Positions 1 to 9,267 of a stretch of DNA of 24,916 nucleotides are shown here, piece after piece. The DNA comes from Deinococcales bacterium (lineage in GTDB: Bacteria > Deinococcota > Deinococci > Deinococcales > JAAFIG01), in the NCBI GenBank assembly GCA_031414595.1, contig JANNVX010000119.1, positions 1-24,916 on the forward strand, given 5' to 3'. Numbering within the stretch: position 1 is the stretch's first letter; each line of letters begins with the position of its first letter. The notes beneath the pieces were generated by a model. It was given only the letters and a program-made list of their open reading frames with translations. It was not told the DNA's origin and made no database searches. The translations under genes and the position numbers were made by a program.

Positions 1-3
1 GCA

Positions 4-77
4 GGACAGACACAGGGGTCTGTCCCTACAAAAATCATAAAAATACGTCAGGTAGGGGCGGACCCCCGTGTCCGCCC
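4..77. repeat. Inverted pair of GTAG-family REP elements (REPIN/BIME-like)
   Basis: 4-29 reverse-complements to GTAGGGACAGACCCCTGTGTCTGTCC; 52-77 reads GTAGGGGCGGACCCCCGTGTCCGCCC. Each is GTAG plus an 8-bp hairpin; 21/26 identical, separated by an A-rich spacer. Confidence 0.85.
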
Positions 78-156
78 TGTGACCAATTGTATGTTCTTGG
101 TTTAATTGAAATCGGGAAGTTATTCTGGGACAAATCCTTAGTGCATCAGGAGAACC

Positions 157-210
157 ATGACACAAACTCGAGAATTGATAACTCGGCTCGAGACACGGCG
201 GGTCAGATGA
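157..210 (+). CDS. Putative 17-aa uORF MTQTRELITRLETRRVR
   Basis: AGGAG at 148-152, ATG at 157; its TGA (208-210) overlaps the permease ATG (207-209) as ATGA. Confidence 0.45.
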   Translation: MTQTRELITRLETRRVR

Positions 211-1166
211 GTGCCGTGGCTGCACCAAGGCGGCAGGCTCGAGTACGCGGCTCGTTCTTGGCGCTCAACGAGACCAATCCGCTTGTGCCTTACTTATTTT
301 TGCTGCCCCATGCGATTTTTTTTCTGGTGTTTATTGTTTATCCGGTGGCGTTTGGTTTTTATGTCAGTTTGCATCAGTGGGATTTACTCAGTGGCAATTC
401 GCCATTTGTGGGTTTGAAGTATTACACCCAAATTTTTGATGGCTCGAGTCCGCAGTCGCAATTTTTTTGGAGTACACTCTTAAACACCACTTTTTTTACA
501 GTCGTCAGCGTGCCGCTTTTGGTGGCAACGGCGCTGGGTTTAGCGTTGTTGTTATACCGCCCGATTTTTGGTCAAGCTATTTTTCGAGCGATTTTTTTTA
601 TGCCGGGGATTTTATCGGTTTCGGTCATGGGTATTTTGTGGCGTTGGATGTTTGATAACCAAAGCGGTTTAATCAATGTGGTGCGTGAACAGTTTTTTGG
701 GGTGGCAGTAATTCAATTTTTAACCACCGAAGGCTGGGCGTGGGTGCCGATTATTATTGGTACGGTCTGGTGGACAATCGGTTTTAACATGACCCTCTAC
801 TTGGCGGCGCTGGGTGGGATTAACCAAAGTTATTACGAAGCCGCCCAGTTAGATGGGGCTGGGGCATGGGCGCAATTTCGGTTTATCACCTTGCCGCTAC
901 TTGCCCCAACCACGCTGTTTATTGCTGTCACCACGGTACTGGCAAGTTTTCAGTTATTTGGACAATCTGCACTGATTACTGGCGGTGGTCCAACCCGCAG
1001 CACCCAAAGCGTGATTCAGTACATCACCGAAGAGGCGTTTGGCAATAATCAGCAATCGAGCGCTTCGGCAATGGCATTTGTTTTTGGTGGCTTAATGCTG
1101 GTCTTTACAGCTTTCCAGTTTCGCCTGATGGCAATGGATTTACGTGCCAGCCGAAAGGAGCAATAA
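207..1166 (+). CDS. Carbohydrate ABC transporter permease (MalF/UgpA-like)
   Basis: Multiple TM helices, PYLFLLP start motif, FVGLKYY, EAA loop YYEAAQLDGA, TGGGP. Start moved from TTG 87 to ATG 207. Confidence 0.93.
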   Translation: MSAVAAPRRQARVRGSFLALNETNPLVPYLFLLPHAIFFLVFIVYPVAFGFYVSLHQWDLLSGNSPFVGLKYYTQIFDGSSPQSQFFWSTLLNTTFFTVVSVPLLVATALGLALLLYRPIFGQAIFRAIFFMPGILSVSVMGILWRWMFDNQSGLINVVREQFFGVAVIQFLTTEGWAWVPIIIGTVWWTIGFNMTLYLAALGGINQSYYEAAQLDGAGAWAQFRFITLPLLAPTTLFIAVTTVLASFQLFGQSALITGGGPTRSTQSVIQYITEEAFGNNQQSSASAMAFVFGGLMLVFTAFQFRLMAMDLRASRKEQ

Positions 1167-1168
1167 GT

Positions 1169-2032
1169 ATGCTGACCGCATCAGTCTCGAGTCCAAGAAA
1201 AAAACGCCCCGCTTGGCTGTCGGACGCACCTCGTTTTGGGCTACTGTTGATTCTGGCAATTATTTTTTTAGCCCCGATTTATTGGATGTTGTCCACCAGT
1301 TTTAAGCCAGAAACGGACGCGATTTCGATTCCAATTCAGTGGATTCCAGCCCGTCCGACTTTAGAAAATTACACCGAAATTCTCAATTCACCCGATGGCA
1401 ATTTGTGGCGCTGGACATTTAATTCGGTTTTTACGGCGCTGGCGTTTACTTTGGCACATTTAACACTTTGTGTGCTAACCGCCTATCCATTAGCCCGCCT
1501 TAAATTTGTAGGGCGCGAAACTTGGTTTTGGATTATTTTATCTTCACTGATGATTCCTGGCATCGTCACCTTGATTCCAAGTTACATCATGATGCTGCAA
1601 CTCAATTGGATTGATTCCTACCACGCCCTAATTTGGCCTGGGGTGGCTGGGGTCTTTGGGGTCTTTATGTTGCGCCAATTTTTTACCAATATCCCCTTTG
1701 AACTCGAGGAAGCCGCCCGTTTGGACGGCGCAAATAGTCTGCAAGTCATTCGCCATGTGATTTTGCCGCTCAGTGTCCCTGCTTTGGTTTCGCTGGGTGT
1801 CTTTGCCTTTATGGGTTCATGGAATAATTATGTCTGGCCCTTGTATGTGGCAACCTCGCCCGATATGCAAACCCTCCCTGTGGGGATTACTTCGTTCTCG
1901 CAGCGCTATGTGACCGAGTACGGCAAACTGATGGCGGGTACTGCCATCGCTGCCATTCCAGTCTTAATTGCCTATTTATTTGCCCAACGTTTTTTAATCA
2001 GTGGCATTGCCTTAACGGGGATGAAAGACTGA
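1169..2032 (+). CDS. Carbohydrate ABC transporter permease (MalG/UgpE-like)
   Basis: PIYWMLSTSFK, PTLENY, EAA loop LEEAARLDGA, WNNYVWP, QTLPVG; AAGGAG SD upstream. Confidence 0.95.
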   Translation: MLTASVSSPRKKRPAWLSDAPRFGLLLILAIIFLAPIYWMLSTSFKPETDAISIPIQWIPARPTLENYTEILNSPDGNLWRWTFNSVFTALAFTLAHLTLCVLTAYPLARLKFVGRETWFWIILSSLMIPGIVTLIPSYIMMLQLNWIDSYHALIWPGVAGVFGVFMLRQFFTNIPFELEEAARLDGANSLQVIRHVILPLSVPALVSLGVFAFMGSWNNYVWPLYVATSPDMQTLPVGITSFSQRYVTEYGKLMAGTAIAAIPVLIAYLFAQRFLISGIALTGMKD

Positions 2033-2060
2033 GCATCTTGAAAGCCAAAGGAGTCTCGAA

Positions 2061-3059
2061 GTGAATCTTTTGCGTGTCCTCTGCGTTATTTTATTTGGTC
2101 TAGCCGCCACCGCCCAAACTCCAAAAACCGCCATGACCTATATTAATCCTGTCTACAATTCCGATTTCCCCGACCCTTTTGTGTTGCGGGTTGGCTCGAG
2201 CTATTATGCCTATGCCACCAATGGCGGCGGCGCAACGGTGCAAATTTTGCAATCCAGCGATTTGGTCAATTGGCAAGCCTTATCCGATGCGTTTGGTAAT
2301 CTGCCTGCTTGGGCAACGCCCGGTTGGACTTGGGCACCCGAAGTCGAAGCCGTGCCGAATGGCTACGTGATGTACTACACCACCCGCCACAGCGACAGCC
2401 AAAAACAGTGTATTGGGGTGGCATTTTCAAAATCGCCAAAAGGTCCGTTTACCGACACCAGCAGCCAACCTTTGATTTGTCAACTCGAGGATGGTGGCTC
2501 GATAGATGCCAGCCCATTTACCGACCGCGATGGCAAACGCTATTTGTACTGGAAAAATGATGGCAACTGCTGTGGCTTACTGACTTATTTGTATGTTCAG
2601 CGCTTATCCAGCGATGGCTTGAAGCTCGAGGGTAAAGCAACGGCTTTACTGCACAACACCGAACTCTGGGAAGGAAACTTAATCGAAGCGCCAACCATGT
2701 ACCGGCGCGGCAACAAGTATTATTTATTTTATTCGGCTGCCGATTACAGTAACGACACTTACGCAGTTGGCTATGCCTACAGTGCCAGCCCACTTGGACC
2801 GTTTATCAAATGGCGCGATAACCCAGTCCTGAAGACCACAGGGCAAGTGGCAGGACCCGGGCATCAGTGCATCATCACCGATGAACTCGGGCAGCCGTGG
2901 ATGGTCTACCACGCTTGGACGACGGGTAAAACTGGCTATCCCAATGGGCAACGCACCATGCGGCTTGACCGTTTGGATTTTAAGGATGGTGTGCCAGTGA
3001 TTATTCCGACCACCAGCCGTCAGAATGCACCAAATGCCAAACCAAAAACAGGAAAATAA
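2061..3059 (+). CDS. Secreted GH43 glycoside hydrolase (arabinanase/arabinofuranosidase/xylosidase-like)
   Basis: Signal peptide ending ATA-Q; FPDPFV (base), WAPEV, SIDASPF (pKa modulator), IEAP (acid), GPGH. AAGGAG 2048-2053 before GTG. Confidence 0.92.
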   Translation: MNLLRVLCVILFGLAATAQTPKTAMTYINPVYNSDFPDPFVLRVGSSYYAYATNGGGATVQILQSSDLVNWQALSDAFGNLPAWATPGWTWAPEVEAVPNGYVMYYTTRHSDSQKQCIGVAFSKSPKGPFTDTSSQPLICQLEDGGSIDASPFTDRDGKRYLYWKNDGNCCGLLTYLYVQRLSSDGLKLEGKATALLHNTELWEGNLIEAPTMYRRGNKYYLFYSAADYSNDTYAVGYAYSASPLGPFIKWRDNPVLKTTGQVAGPGHQCIITDELGQPWMVYHAWTTGKTGYPNGQRTMRLDRLDFKDGVPVIIPTTSRQNAPNAKPKTGK

Positions 3060-3061
3060 CC

Positions 3062-4033
3062 ATGACTCGAGCCTACACCAACCCGGTTTATCCAAATTAC
3101 TTTGCCGACCCATTTGTGCTGCGTTATGATGGCGTGTATTACGCTTATGGCACAGGTTTACACGCCCAAACCAACGGCTTGGTCTTCGAGGTGCTGCGTT
3201 CAAATGATTTGATTGATTGGCACAGTTGCGGTGGCGCACTCGAGCCACTTGGCGCTGGTTTTGAGGATTATTGGGCACCCGAAGTGGCATTTTGTAACGG
3301 CACATTTTATATGTACTACTCGGCGGGAATTGGCGATACCGGGCATCGTTTGCGGGCAGCCACAGCCAAGCAACCCACAGGACCATTTACCGATTGCGGA
3401 CTGGTGCTGACCCCCGATGAGCCGTTTTCGATAGATGCTTGCCCTTTTTGTGACGATGACGGGCAGTGGTATTTGTTTTATGCCAAAGATTTCCTTGATG
3501 GGCAGCGCCTTGGGACAGCCCTTTGTGTGGCAAAACTCGAGGACATGACCCGTTTAGTCACACCGCCACAAACGGTATTACGCGCCAGCCAAGATTGGCA
3601 ACTGTACGCCAAAGACCGCACAATGTACGGACAAGTGCTTGATTGGTATACCCTCGAGGGACCCAGTGTGGTTAAACGCTTTGGGCGCTATTACTGTTTT
3701 TATTCGGGTGGCGCATGGACAAACCTCAGTTATGGGGTTTCGTATGCAGTGGCAGACCATCCGATGGGACCTTGGAGCGAACCTGTCTCGAGTACCCCAA
3801 CGGTCTTAAAAACCATTGCCAATCAGGTCATTGGACCTGGACACAACAGCCTTGTGGTGTCCCCAGATGGTCAGGATTACTTGGTCTATCATGCTTGGGA
3901 CATGGCACAAACAGGACGGCGAATGTGCTTAGACCGACTCGATTGGACTAACCAACAACCCAGTACAAGCGGACCAACCTTTACGCCTCAAGTCGTACCG
4001 CGAAAGCAGCAACTCGAGGCGAGCCATGACTGA
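3062..4033 (+). CDS. Cytoplasmic GH43 glycoside hydrolase
   Basis: FADPFV, YWAPEV, SIDACPF, TLEGP, GPGHNS; no signal peptide. Confidence 0.92.
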   Translation: MTRAYTNPVYPNYFADPFVLRYDGVYYAYGTGLHAQTNGLVFEVLRSNDLIDWHSCGGALEPLGAGFEDYWAPEVAFCNGTFYMYYSAGIGDTGHRLRAATAKQPTGPFTDCGLVLTPDEPFSIDACPFCDDDGQWYLFYAKDFLDGQRLGTALCVAKLEDMTRLVTPPQTVLRASQDWQLYAKDRTMYGQVLDWYTLEGPSVVKRFGRYYCFYSGGAWTNLSYGVSYAVADHPMGPWSEPVSSTPTVLKTIANQVIGPGHNSLVVSPDGQDYLVYHAWDMAQTGRRMCLDRLDWTNQQPSTSGPTFTPQVVPRKQQLEASHD

Positions 4034-5102
4034 GTTTGAGCATAAATTACAACAAGTCCGTGCTGTGATCAAAACCACGCAACTGGCAGGCATTGTTTTT
4101 CGGTCTCATGCTTGGTTTGCTTGGGCAACTTGCGGCGGCAGCAATGCTGTGCTGCTGACCACCGATTCTGGGGTTGCCGAAGTGCTGATAACACCAAACG
4201 GCGCTTAGATTCTGACCGATAAAATCGAGGCTGCCCGTCTAAAACAAGAAGAAATCCCCAACGGCTTTGAGTGGTTGATTCACTCTTGGGCGGATTCAAA
4301 AGCTCGAGGCAAATTTATCAGGGAAGTGGCAAGCGATTTAATCGCCTCGGATATGCCGCGCTCCGGTGAAATAGAATTGCCACCACAACTGGCAGTGATT
4401 CGGGCTTCTTTGCATCCAGCCGAACTCGAGCGGTATCGAGTGCTTGGGCGTGATGCGGCTTGTGCCATGACCGATGTTTTGCTGCAAGCCAAGCCAACTT
4501 GGACTGGGTATCAGTTGGCGGGTGCGGCTTCGGAGCGTTTGTGGGGCATGGGGATTCATCCAGCCCTAACGCTTGTGGGGGATGAACAGCGCTTACCGCT
4601 TTACAGGCATTCGACCGCCCACAGCAACCCAATTGGCTCGAGAGCGATGCTGGTGTTTTGTGCCAGAAGGCATGGGTTATACGCCAACCTGACTCGTTTT
4701 GTGTATTTCAGGAAACCCAGCCAAATCGAGCTAAAAATAAATTCAGATGTGATGCAAATTGAAGCCGAAATTTTAGCGGCTTCTCGGGTCAGTGCGAGCC
4801 TAGGCAGTGTTTACCAAAAATCAGTGGCTGCTTACCAAAATTCTGGGCATGAACACGGCGAAAATAAGCATCATCAGGGTGGAACGTGTGGTTATGGCGC
4901 TCGAGATGCGATTGCACTGCCAGACTCGAGGGTCAAAATTAGGGAAAACAATGCCGTGGCTTGGAATCCCTCTTTGCCGGGTGCAAAAATTGAGGACACG
5001 ATGGTTGTCTCGAGTACGGGGATTGAGGTGCTGACCACCGACCCGAGATGGGAAAACACAACAATCAACAAAATTCCTAGACCGAATTTACTCCTGCGTT
5101 AA
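4026..5102 (+). pseudogene. M24 (pita-bread fold) peptidase/creatinase-like hydrolase interrupted by one in-frame TAG at 4206-4208
   Basis: ORFs 4026-4208 and 4275-5102 share a frame; the join reads ITPNGA*ILTDKIEAARLKQEE with no other stop. C-terminal GLYANLTR, HHQGG, WNPS, KIEDT fit M24-family proteins. Confidence 0.8.
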
Positions 5103-5266
5103 AGGGTTTTCTACAGATTACTGTTTGGGGCGGATGTTAGTAGTATTACCTACTAGACAAATTTTTTAGTATTTCCAAAGGTGCTTTGAAAGCAGACTCG
5201 AGAAGCAAAGAAATTATTGGTACTTAGGATACCTGCCCCATTCATTTCACGGTACAGTAGCAGCCT

Positions 5267-5671
5267 ATGTCTATTGAACGTACTTTTGCAATGGTAAAAC
5301 CCGACGGTGTGCGCCGTGGTTTGGTTGGCGAGATTATCTCGCGTCTCGAGAAAAAAGGCTTTAAGATTGTGCAGCTAAAAATGCTCACCCCAAGCCGTGA
5401 AATGGTGGCAGAACACTATGCCGAACACAACGGCAAGGGCTTTTTTAATGGCTTGGTGGATTTTTTAAGTGGTGGTGCTGTGGTTGCCATGGAACTCGAG
5501 GGTGAAAATGTAATTGCCGAATGGCGACGCATGATGGGAGCGACCCGTCCGTGGGAAAGTGCGCCCGGTACGATTCGTTTTGAATTTGCCACGACAGTAG
5601 ACGAAAACGTGGCGCATGGTTCGGACAGTTTAGATAGTGCTGCTCGAGAATTGGCTATTTGGTTTAAGTAG
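5267..5671 (+). CDS. ndk: Nucleoside diphosphate kinase
   Basis: ERTFAMVKPDGVRRGLVGEII, PGTIR, NVAHGSDS (catalytic His). Confidence 0.98.
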   Translation: MSIERTFAMVKPDGVRRGLVGEIISRLEKKGFKIVQLKMLTPSREMVAEHYAEHNGKGFFNGLVDFLSGGAVVAMELEGENVIAEWRRMMGATRPWESAPGTIRFEFATTVDENVAHGSDSLDSAARELAIWFK

Positions 5672-5681
5672 GTCTTTCTAG

Positions 5682-5710
5682 TGGCGGCGCTTGGAGCGCC
5701 GCCATTTTTT
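5682..5710 (+). terminator. Intrinsic terminator of ndk
   Basis: TGGCGGCGCT-TGG-AGCGCCGCCA followed by T6. Confidence 0.9.
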
Positions 5711-5759
5711 ATTCTTGGCTGGCTGGTCGCGGTAAGATAAGGCAGAAACGGAGGTTTTT

Positions 5760-7259
5760 ATGACGATAGAATTGAAACGCATCTCGAGTTGGGTCAATGG
5801 GGCAGCCCATCCAAGTTCTTCTGGACGCAGTGGTAAGGTTTTTAATCCAGCCACGGGTGAACATGCCGCCAATGTGGATTTTATGTCCGTCGAAGAAATT
5901 GATACGGTCGTGGCTGCCTCTAAAGCGGCGTTTGCGGCTTGGCGAGGGACTGGTTTAAGCCGCCGTGCCGAAATCATGTTTCGTTTCCGTGAGTTGCTCG
6001 AGGCAAATAAAGGCAAACTCGCCGAGATTATTTCGCTTGAACATGGCAAAGTCCCGTCCGATGCGGCGGGTGAAATTGCCCGTGGTTTAGAGAATGTCGA
6101 GTTTGCTTGTGGTATTCCGCATCTCTTAAAAGGTGGCTATTCGGAACAGGCTTCACGCGGCATAGATGTCTACAGTATTCGTCAGCCGCTTGGGGTGGTG
6201 GCTGGTGTTACCCCATTTAATTTTCCTGCCATGGTTCCCTTGTGGATGATGGCAAATGCGATTGCTTGTGGCAATACCTTTATTCTTAAGCCTTCAGAAA
6301 AAGACCCGAGTTCGGCGCTGTTTTTAGCCCAATTACTGCAACAAGCTGGGCTGCCCGATGGTGTTTTTAATATCATTCAAGGCGATGCTGTGGCGGTCAA
6401 TGCAATTCTTACGCATCCAGATATTGCGGCGGTTTCTTTTGTCGGCAGCACCCCGATTGCCAAATATATCTACGAAACGGGGACAAAGCATGGCAAACGA
6501 GTCCAAGCCTTGGGTGGCGCAAAAAACCACATGATGCTGCTGCCCGATGCCGACCTCGAGATGGCAGCCGATGCCGCCGTCAATGCCGCGTATGGCAGTG
6601 CTGGAGAGCGCTGTATGGCGATTAGCATGGTGATTGCGGTGGGTGACATTGCCGATGCCTTTATTGAAAAAGTCAAAGAGCGTTTGCCGAAAATTAAAGT
6701 CGGTCCTGGCACAGACCCAAGTGCCGAAATGGGTCCTTTAATCACCAAAGAACACCGTGACCGTGTGGCATCGTATCTCGAGAATGCGCCGCTTGAAGGG
6801 GCTACACTGGTGGTGGACGGACGTGAGAATGTGGTGGCAGGCAATGGCTACTTTCTGGGCGTGAGTTTAATTGACCACTGCAAACCCGGTATGAAATGCT
6901 ACGACGATGAAATTTTTGGACCCGTACTGGGTGTGACCAGAGTTGCCACCTATCAAGAGGGCTTGAAGCTGATTAACGACAACCAATATGGCAACGGCAC
7001 CGCTATTTTTACCAGAGATGGTGGCGCAGCCCGTCAATTCCAGGTTGAGGTCAATGTTGGCATGGTCGGGATTAATGTTCCGATTCCAGTCCCTGTTTCG
7101 TATTACAGTTTTGGCGGTTGGAAAGCCAGTTTATTTGGCGACACCCACATGTACGGACCAGAAGGAATCCAGTTTTACACAAGGGGCAAAGTCGTGACTT
7201 CGCGCTACCCAGACCCCAGCACCAGTAAAATAGATTTGGGCTTTCCACAGAATCGCTAA
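5760..7259 (+). CDS. mmsA: CoA-acylating methylmalonate/malonate-semialdehyde dehydrogenase (MmsA/IolA)
   Basis: TPFNFPAMVPLWM, KPSEKDP, FVGSTP, GGAKNH, SAGERCMA (catalytic Cys), EIFGPV, GINVPIPVP; GGAGG SD. Confidence 0.95.
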   Translation: MTIELKRISSWVNGAAHPSSSGRSGKVFNPATGEHAANVDFMSVEEIDTVVAASKAAFAAWRGTGLSRRAEIMFRFRELLEANKGKLAEIISLEHGKVPSDAAGEIARGLENVEFACGIPHLLKGGYSEQASRGIDVYSIRQPLGVVAGVTPFNFPAMVPLWMMANAIACGNTFILKPSEKDPSSALFLAQLLQQAGLPDGVFNIIQGDAVAVNAILTHPDIAAVSFVGSTPIAKYIYETGTKHGKRVQALGGAKNHMMLLPDADLEMAADAAVNAAYGSAGERCMAISMVIAVGDIADAFIEKVKERLPKIKVGPGTDPSAEMGPLITKEHRDRVASYLENAPLEGATLVVDGRENVVAGNGYFLGVSLIDHCKPGMKCYDDEIFGPVLGVTRVATYQEGLKLINDNQYGNGTAIFTRDGGAARQFQVEVNVGMVGINVPIPVPVSYYSFGGWKASLFGDTHMYGPEGIQFYTRGKVVTSRYPDPSTSKIDLGFPQNR

Positions 7260-7267
7260 TTTTTATG

Positions 7268-7296
7268 ACCTCGGGTGGGCTAGACCCGAGGTTTTT
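7268..7296 (+). terminator. Intrinsic terminator of mmsA, overlapping the 3' end of the convergent kinase gene
   Basis: ACCTCGGGT-gggctag-ACCCGAGGT followed by TTTT. Confidence 0.75.
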
Positions 7297-8554
7297 CTAT
7301 TTTTAGAACTGCCCGTAAACCATGCGGCACGGTATTCTCGAGTTGTAAAACCCCACCGTGGGCTTTGGCAATTCTGTCCACCACGGCTAAACCTAAGCCA
7401 CTACCATACGCCTTTGTACCAGCCGCTCGGTAGAAGGCTTCGGTGGCTCGAGCTAAGGCTTCGGCAGTCATGCCCAGCCCCGTATCGGTCACAGAAATCA
7501 GCACTTGGTCTGGCTTGGTCTCGAGTTGTACGGTAATAACTGTCTTTGGAGCGTGCTTACTGGCATTCTCGAGCAGGTTCTCTAAGGCTCGTTCAAGTAG
7601 GATTGGATTGCCATGCCAGAGCCAATGATTTGTACCAGTAAAAGTCGCATGGCGTTTAGTTGCCAATTCAAAAACCATCTTGCCAAGGTCAAATTCCATC
7701 ATTTCGGTGCGACCTTCTCTTGCCAAGACCAGCAATGCCTCGGAGAGTTTGGTCATACGTTCAACTTGGGTTCGAGCCGTGGTGAGGGCTTCTTCGGGGC
7801 TTGCCCAACCATTGGCTTGGGCATCGAGTTGGGCTTGCATCGCTGCCAAAGGAGTACGGAGTTCATGGGCGGCGGTGCGGGTAAAATCAATTTCGCGTTC
7901 CCGAAAACTTTGTAAGCGTTCAAGCATCTGATTAAATGTTCGCCCTAACCGCTCGAGTTCACCTTGTCCTAGCCCATGCGGGACCCGTTCGGCTAAATTA
8001 CCCGATTCGGCAACCCGACCTGAAGCCGCAATCAGGGTCTCGAGCGGCTTGAGGGCTTGAGCGCTCAGTAACCACGCCGCCAATGCCCCTAAACCCGCAA
8101 AAAGCGGCACAGTCAAGGCAAGGGTGCTGAGGTAATTGCTTGCCCCGAGGCGTTGCTGCCCTAAATTGGTGATGGCTTCAAAACGAGCGCCGTTGGGTAA
8201 ATCCACCGCCAAGGCTCGCCATTCACCGATGGTCGAAAATCCACCTTTCAGAACAGTAAAACCTTTTGGGAATAGTTCACCAAAGGATTGCAGCAGCAAA
8301 TTATTCTTTTGGACTCGAGCGCGAACATTAGAATCTGTGTCTAAATGAATCTTCGGGCGGTCTCCACGCCCACCATCACGCCCACCATCACGCCGAGGTG
8401 GACGAACCTGCTCCTCGAGAAAATTTTGCAAGATACGGTCGGCTTCGGCAAGACCAAGCCGTTCAAAACGGACATAGCCAACCGCACCTTGGGCAATCAC
8501 GGCGGCAGCAATCAAAATTGCAATCAGTAAGGCAAAACGCAAGCGCAAACTCAT
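7280..8554 (-). CDS. Sensor histidine kinase (2 TM, HAMP, HisKA, HATPase_c)
   Basis: AAHELRTPL H-box, NLLENA N-box, DTGLG and GSGLGL G-boxes; ATGA overlap with the regulator stop. Confidence 0.95.
   Translation of the reverse strand: MSLRLRFALLIAILIAAAVIAQGAVGYVRFERLGLAEADRILQNFLEEQVRPPRRDGGRDGGRGDRPKIHLDTDSNVRARVQKNNLLLQSFGELFPKGFTVLKGGFSTIGEWRALAVDLPNGARFEAITNLGQQRLGASNYLSTLALTVPLFAGLGALAAWLLSAQALKPLETLIAASGRVAESGNLAERVPHGLGQGELERLGRTFNQMLERLQSFREREIDFTRTAAHELRTPLAAMQAQLDAQANGWASPEEALTTARTQVERMTKLSEALLVLAREGRTEMMEFDLGKMVFELATKRHATFTGTNHWLWHGNPILLERALENLLENASKHAPKTVITVQLETKPDQVLISVTDTGLGMTAEALARATEAFYRAAGTKAYGSGLGLAVVDRIAKAHGGVLQLENTVPHGLRAVLKIEKPRV
8365..8394. repeat. 12-bp tandem repeat (CACGCCCACCAT x2.5) encoding RDGGRDGGR in the kinase sensor loop
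   Basis: Directly visible, frame-preserving. Confidence 0.7.
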
Positions 8555-9210
8555 GGCAGACCCAATTGATAGCCGTTTTTATTACTTTTGACCACCTCAG
8601 CCCCAAGTTTTTCACGCAGACGGTAAACCGTGACTTTGACCACCCCAAGCGAACTGGCGGCATCTCCCCAAACCGCATCGAGCAATTCTTCAGGGGCAAA
8701 AACTCGAGACGGCATTAAGACCAAACGCTCCAACAGTGCGTACTCTCTAGAACTCAAATCGGTTCTGATTCCCGCTAACAGCACTTCTTGGCGGGTTAAA
8801 TCCACTTCCAGAACCCCAAAAGTCAGATGACTGGTCTTGGCTTCGGTCGGACGGCGCAATAATGCCCGCACTCGAGCCAGCACCTCGAGCAGTAAAAACG
8901 GCTTGACCACATAATCATCGCCACCACCATCCAAGCCCTGCACTCGGTCAGACAAGGCATCTCGAGCCGTCAAAAACAAAATGCTGCCGATAAACCCCGA
9001 GGCTCTGGCTTCACGCGCCAAGATAAACCCACCATCTTCAAATTCATGCAAACGGACATCTAAAATCATCAAGTCTGGTTCGCGTTCTAGCAGTGCCTCA
9101 CGACCAGATTCAAGGTCATGGCAAACCGTGACTTCTAAACCTTGGGCTTTTAAGGCTCGAGCCAAAGGTGTGGCAATATCAATTTCATCTTCGACCAGTA
9201 AAACCCGCAT
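8551..9210 (-). CDS. OmpR/PhoB-family response regulator
   Basis: MRVLLVEDE, PDLMILD, FLTARD, DDYVVKPF, winged-helix C-terminus. Start moved to ATG 9210; CATACT -10 lies 6 nt upstream. Confidence 0.95.
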   Translation of the reverse strand: MRVLLVEDEIDIATPLARALKAQGLEVTVCHDLESGREALLEREPDLMILDVRLHEFEDGGFILAREARASGFIGSILFLTARDALSDRVQGLDGGGDDYVVKPFLLLEVLARVRALLRRPTEAKTSHLTFGVLEVDLTRQEVLLAGIRTDLSSREYALLERLVLMPSRVFAPEELLDAVWGDAASSLGVVKVTVYRLREKLGAEVVKSNKNGYQLGLP

Positions 9211-9267
9211 CTTCACAGTATGCCCCAAAACGGTAACAGGCGAGTAACAAGGCACACGGCACTTGCG

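Noticed and set aside
87-206. ORF-track N-terminal extensions (also 9211-9255, 11430-11561, 13864-13983)
   Set aside because: They lack family-like sequence, some overlap neighbouring genes or terminators, and better starts have an SD, -10 or coupling signal.
2724-3386. 220-aa minus-strand ORF and other short shadow ORFs (e.g. 5678-6049, 13310-13708, 22649-23119)
   Set aside because: Antisense or alternate-frame to well-supported genes, with no recognisable motifs.
4206-4208. Genome-wide TAG reassignment or pyrrolysine
   Set aside because: TAG is the normal stop of ndk (5669-5671) and the kinase (7280-7282); no pyl genes or suppressor tRNA are in the window.
5138-5155. Dyad TAGTAG-N6-CTACTA after the GH43 operon
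   Set aside because: Short AT-rich stem with no adjacent U-tract and no second copy; cannot be called a terminator or operator.
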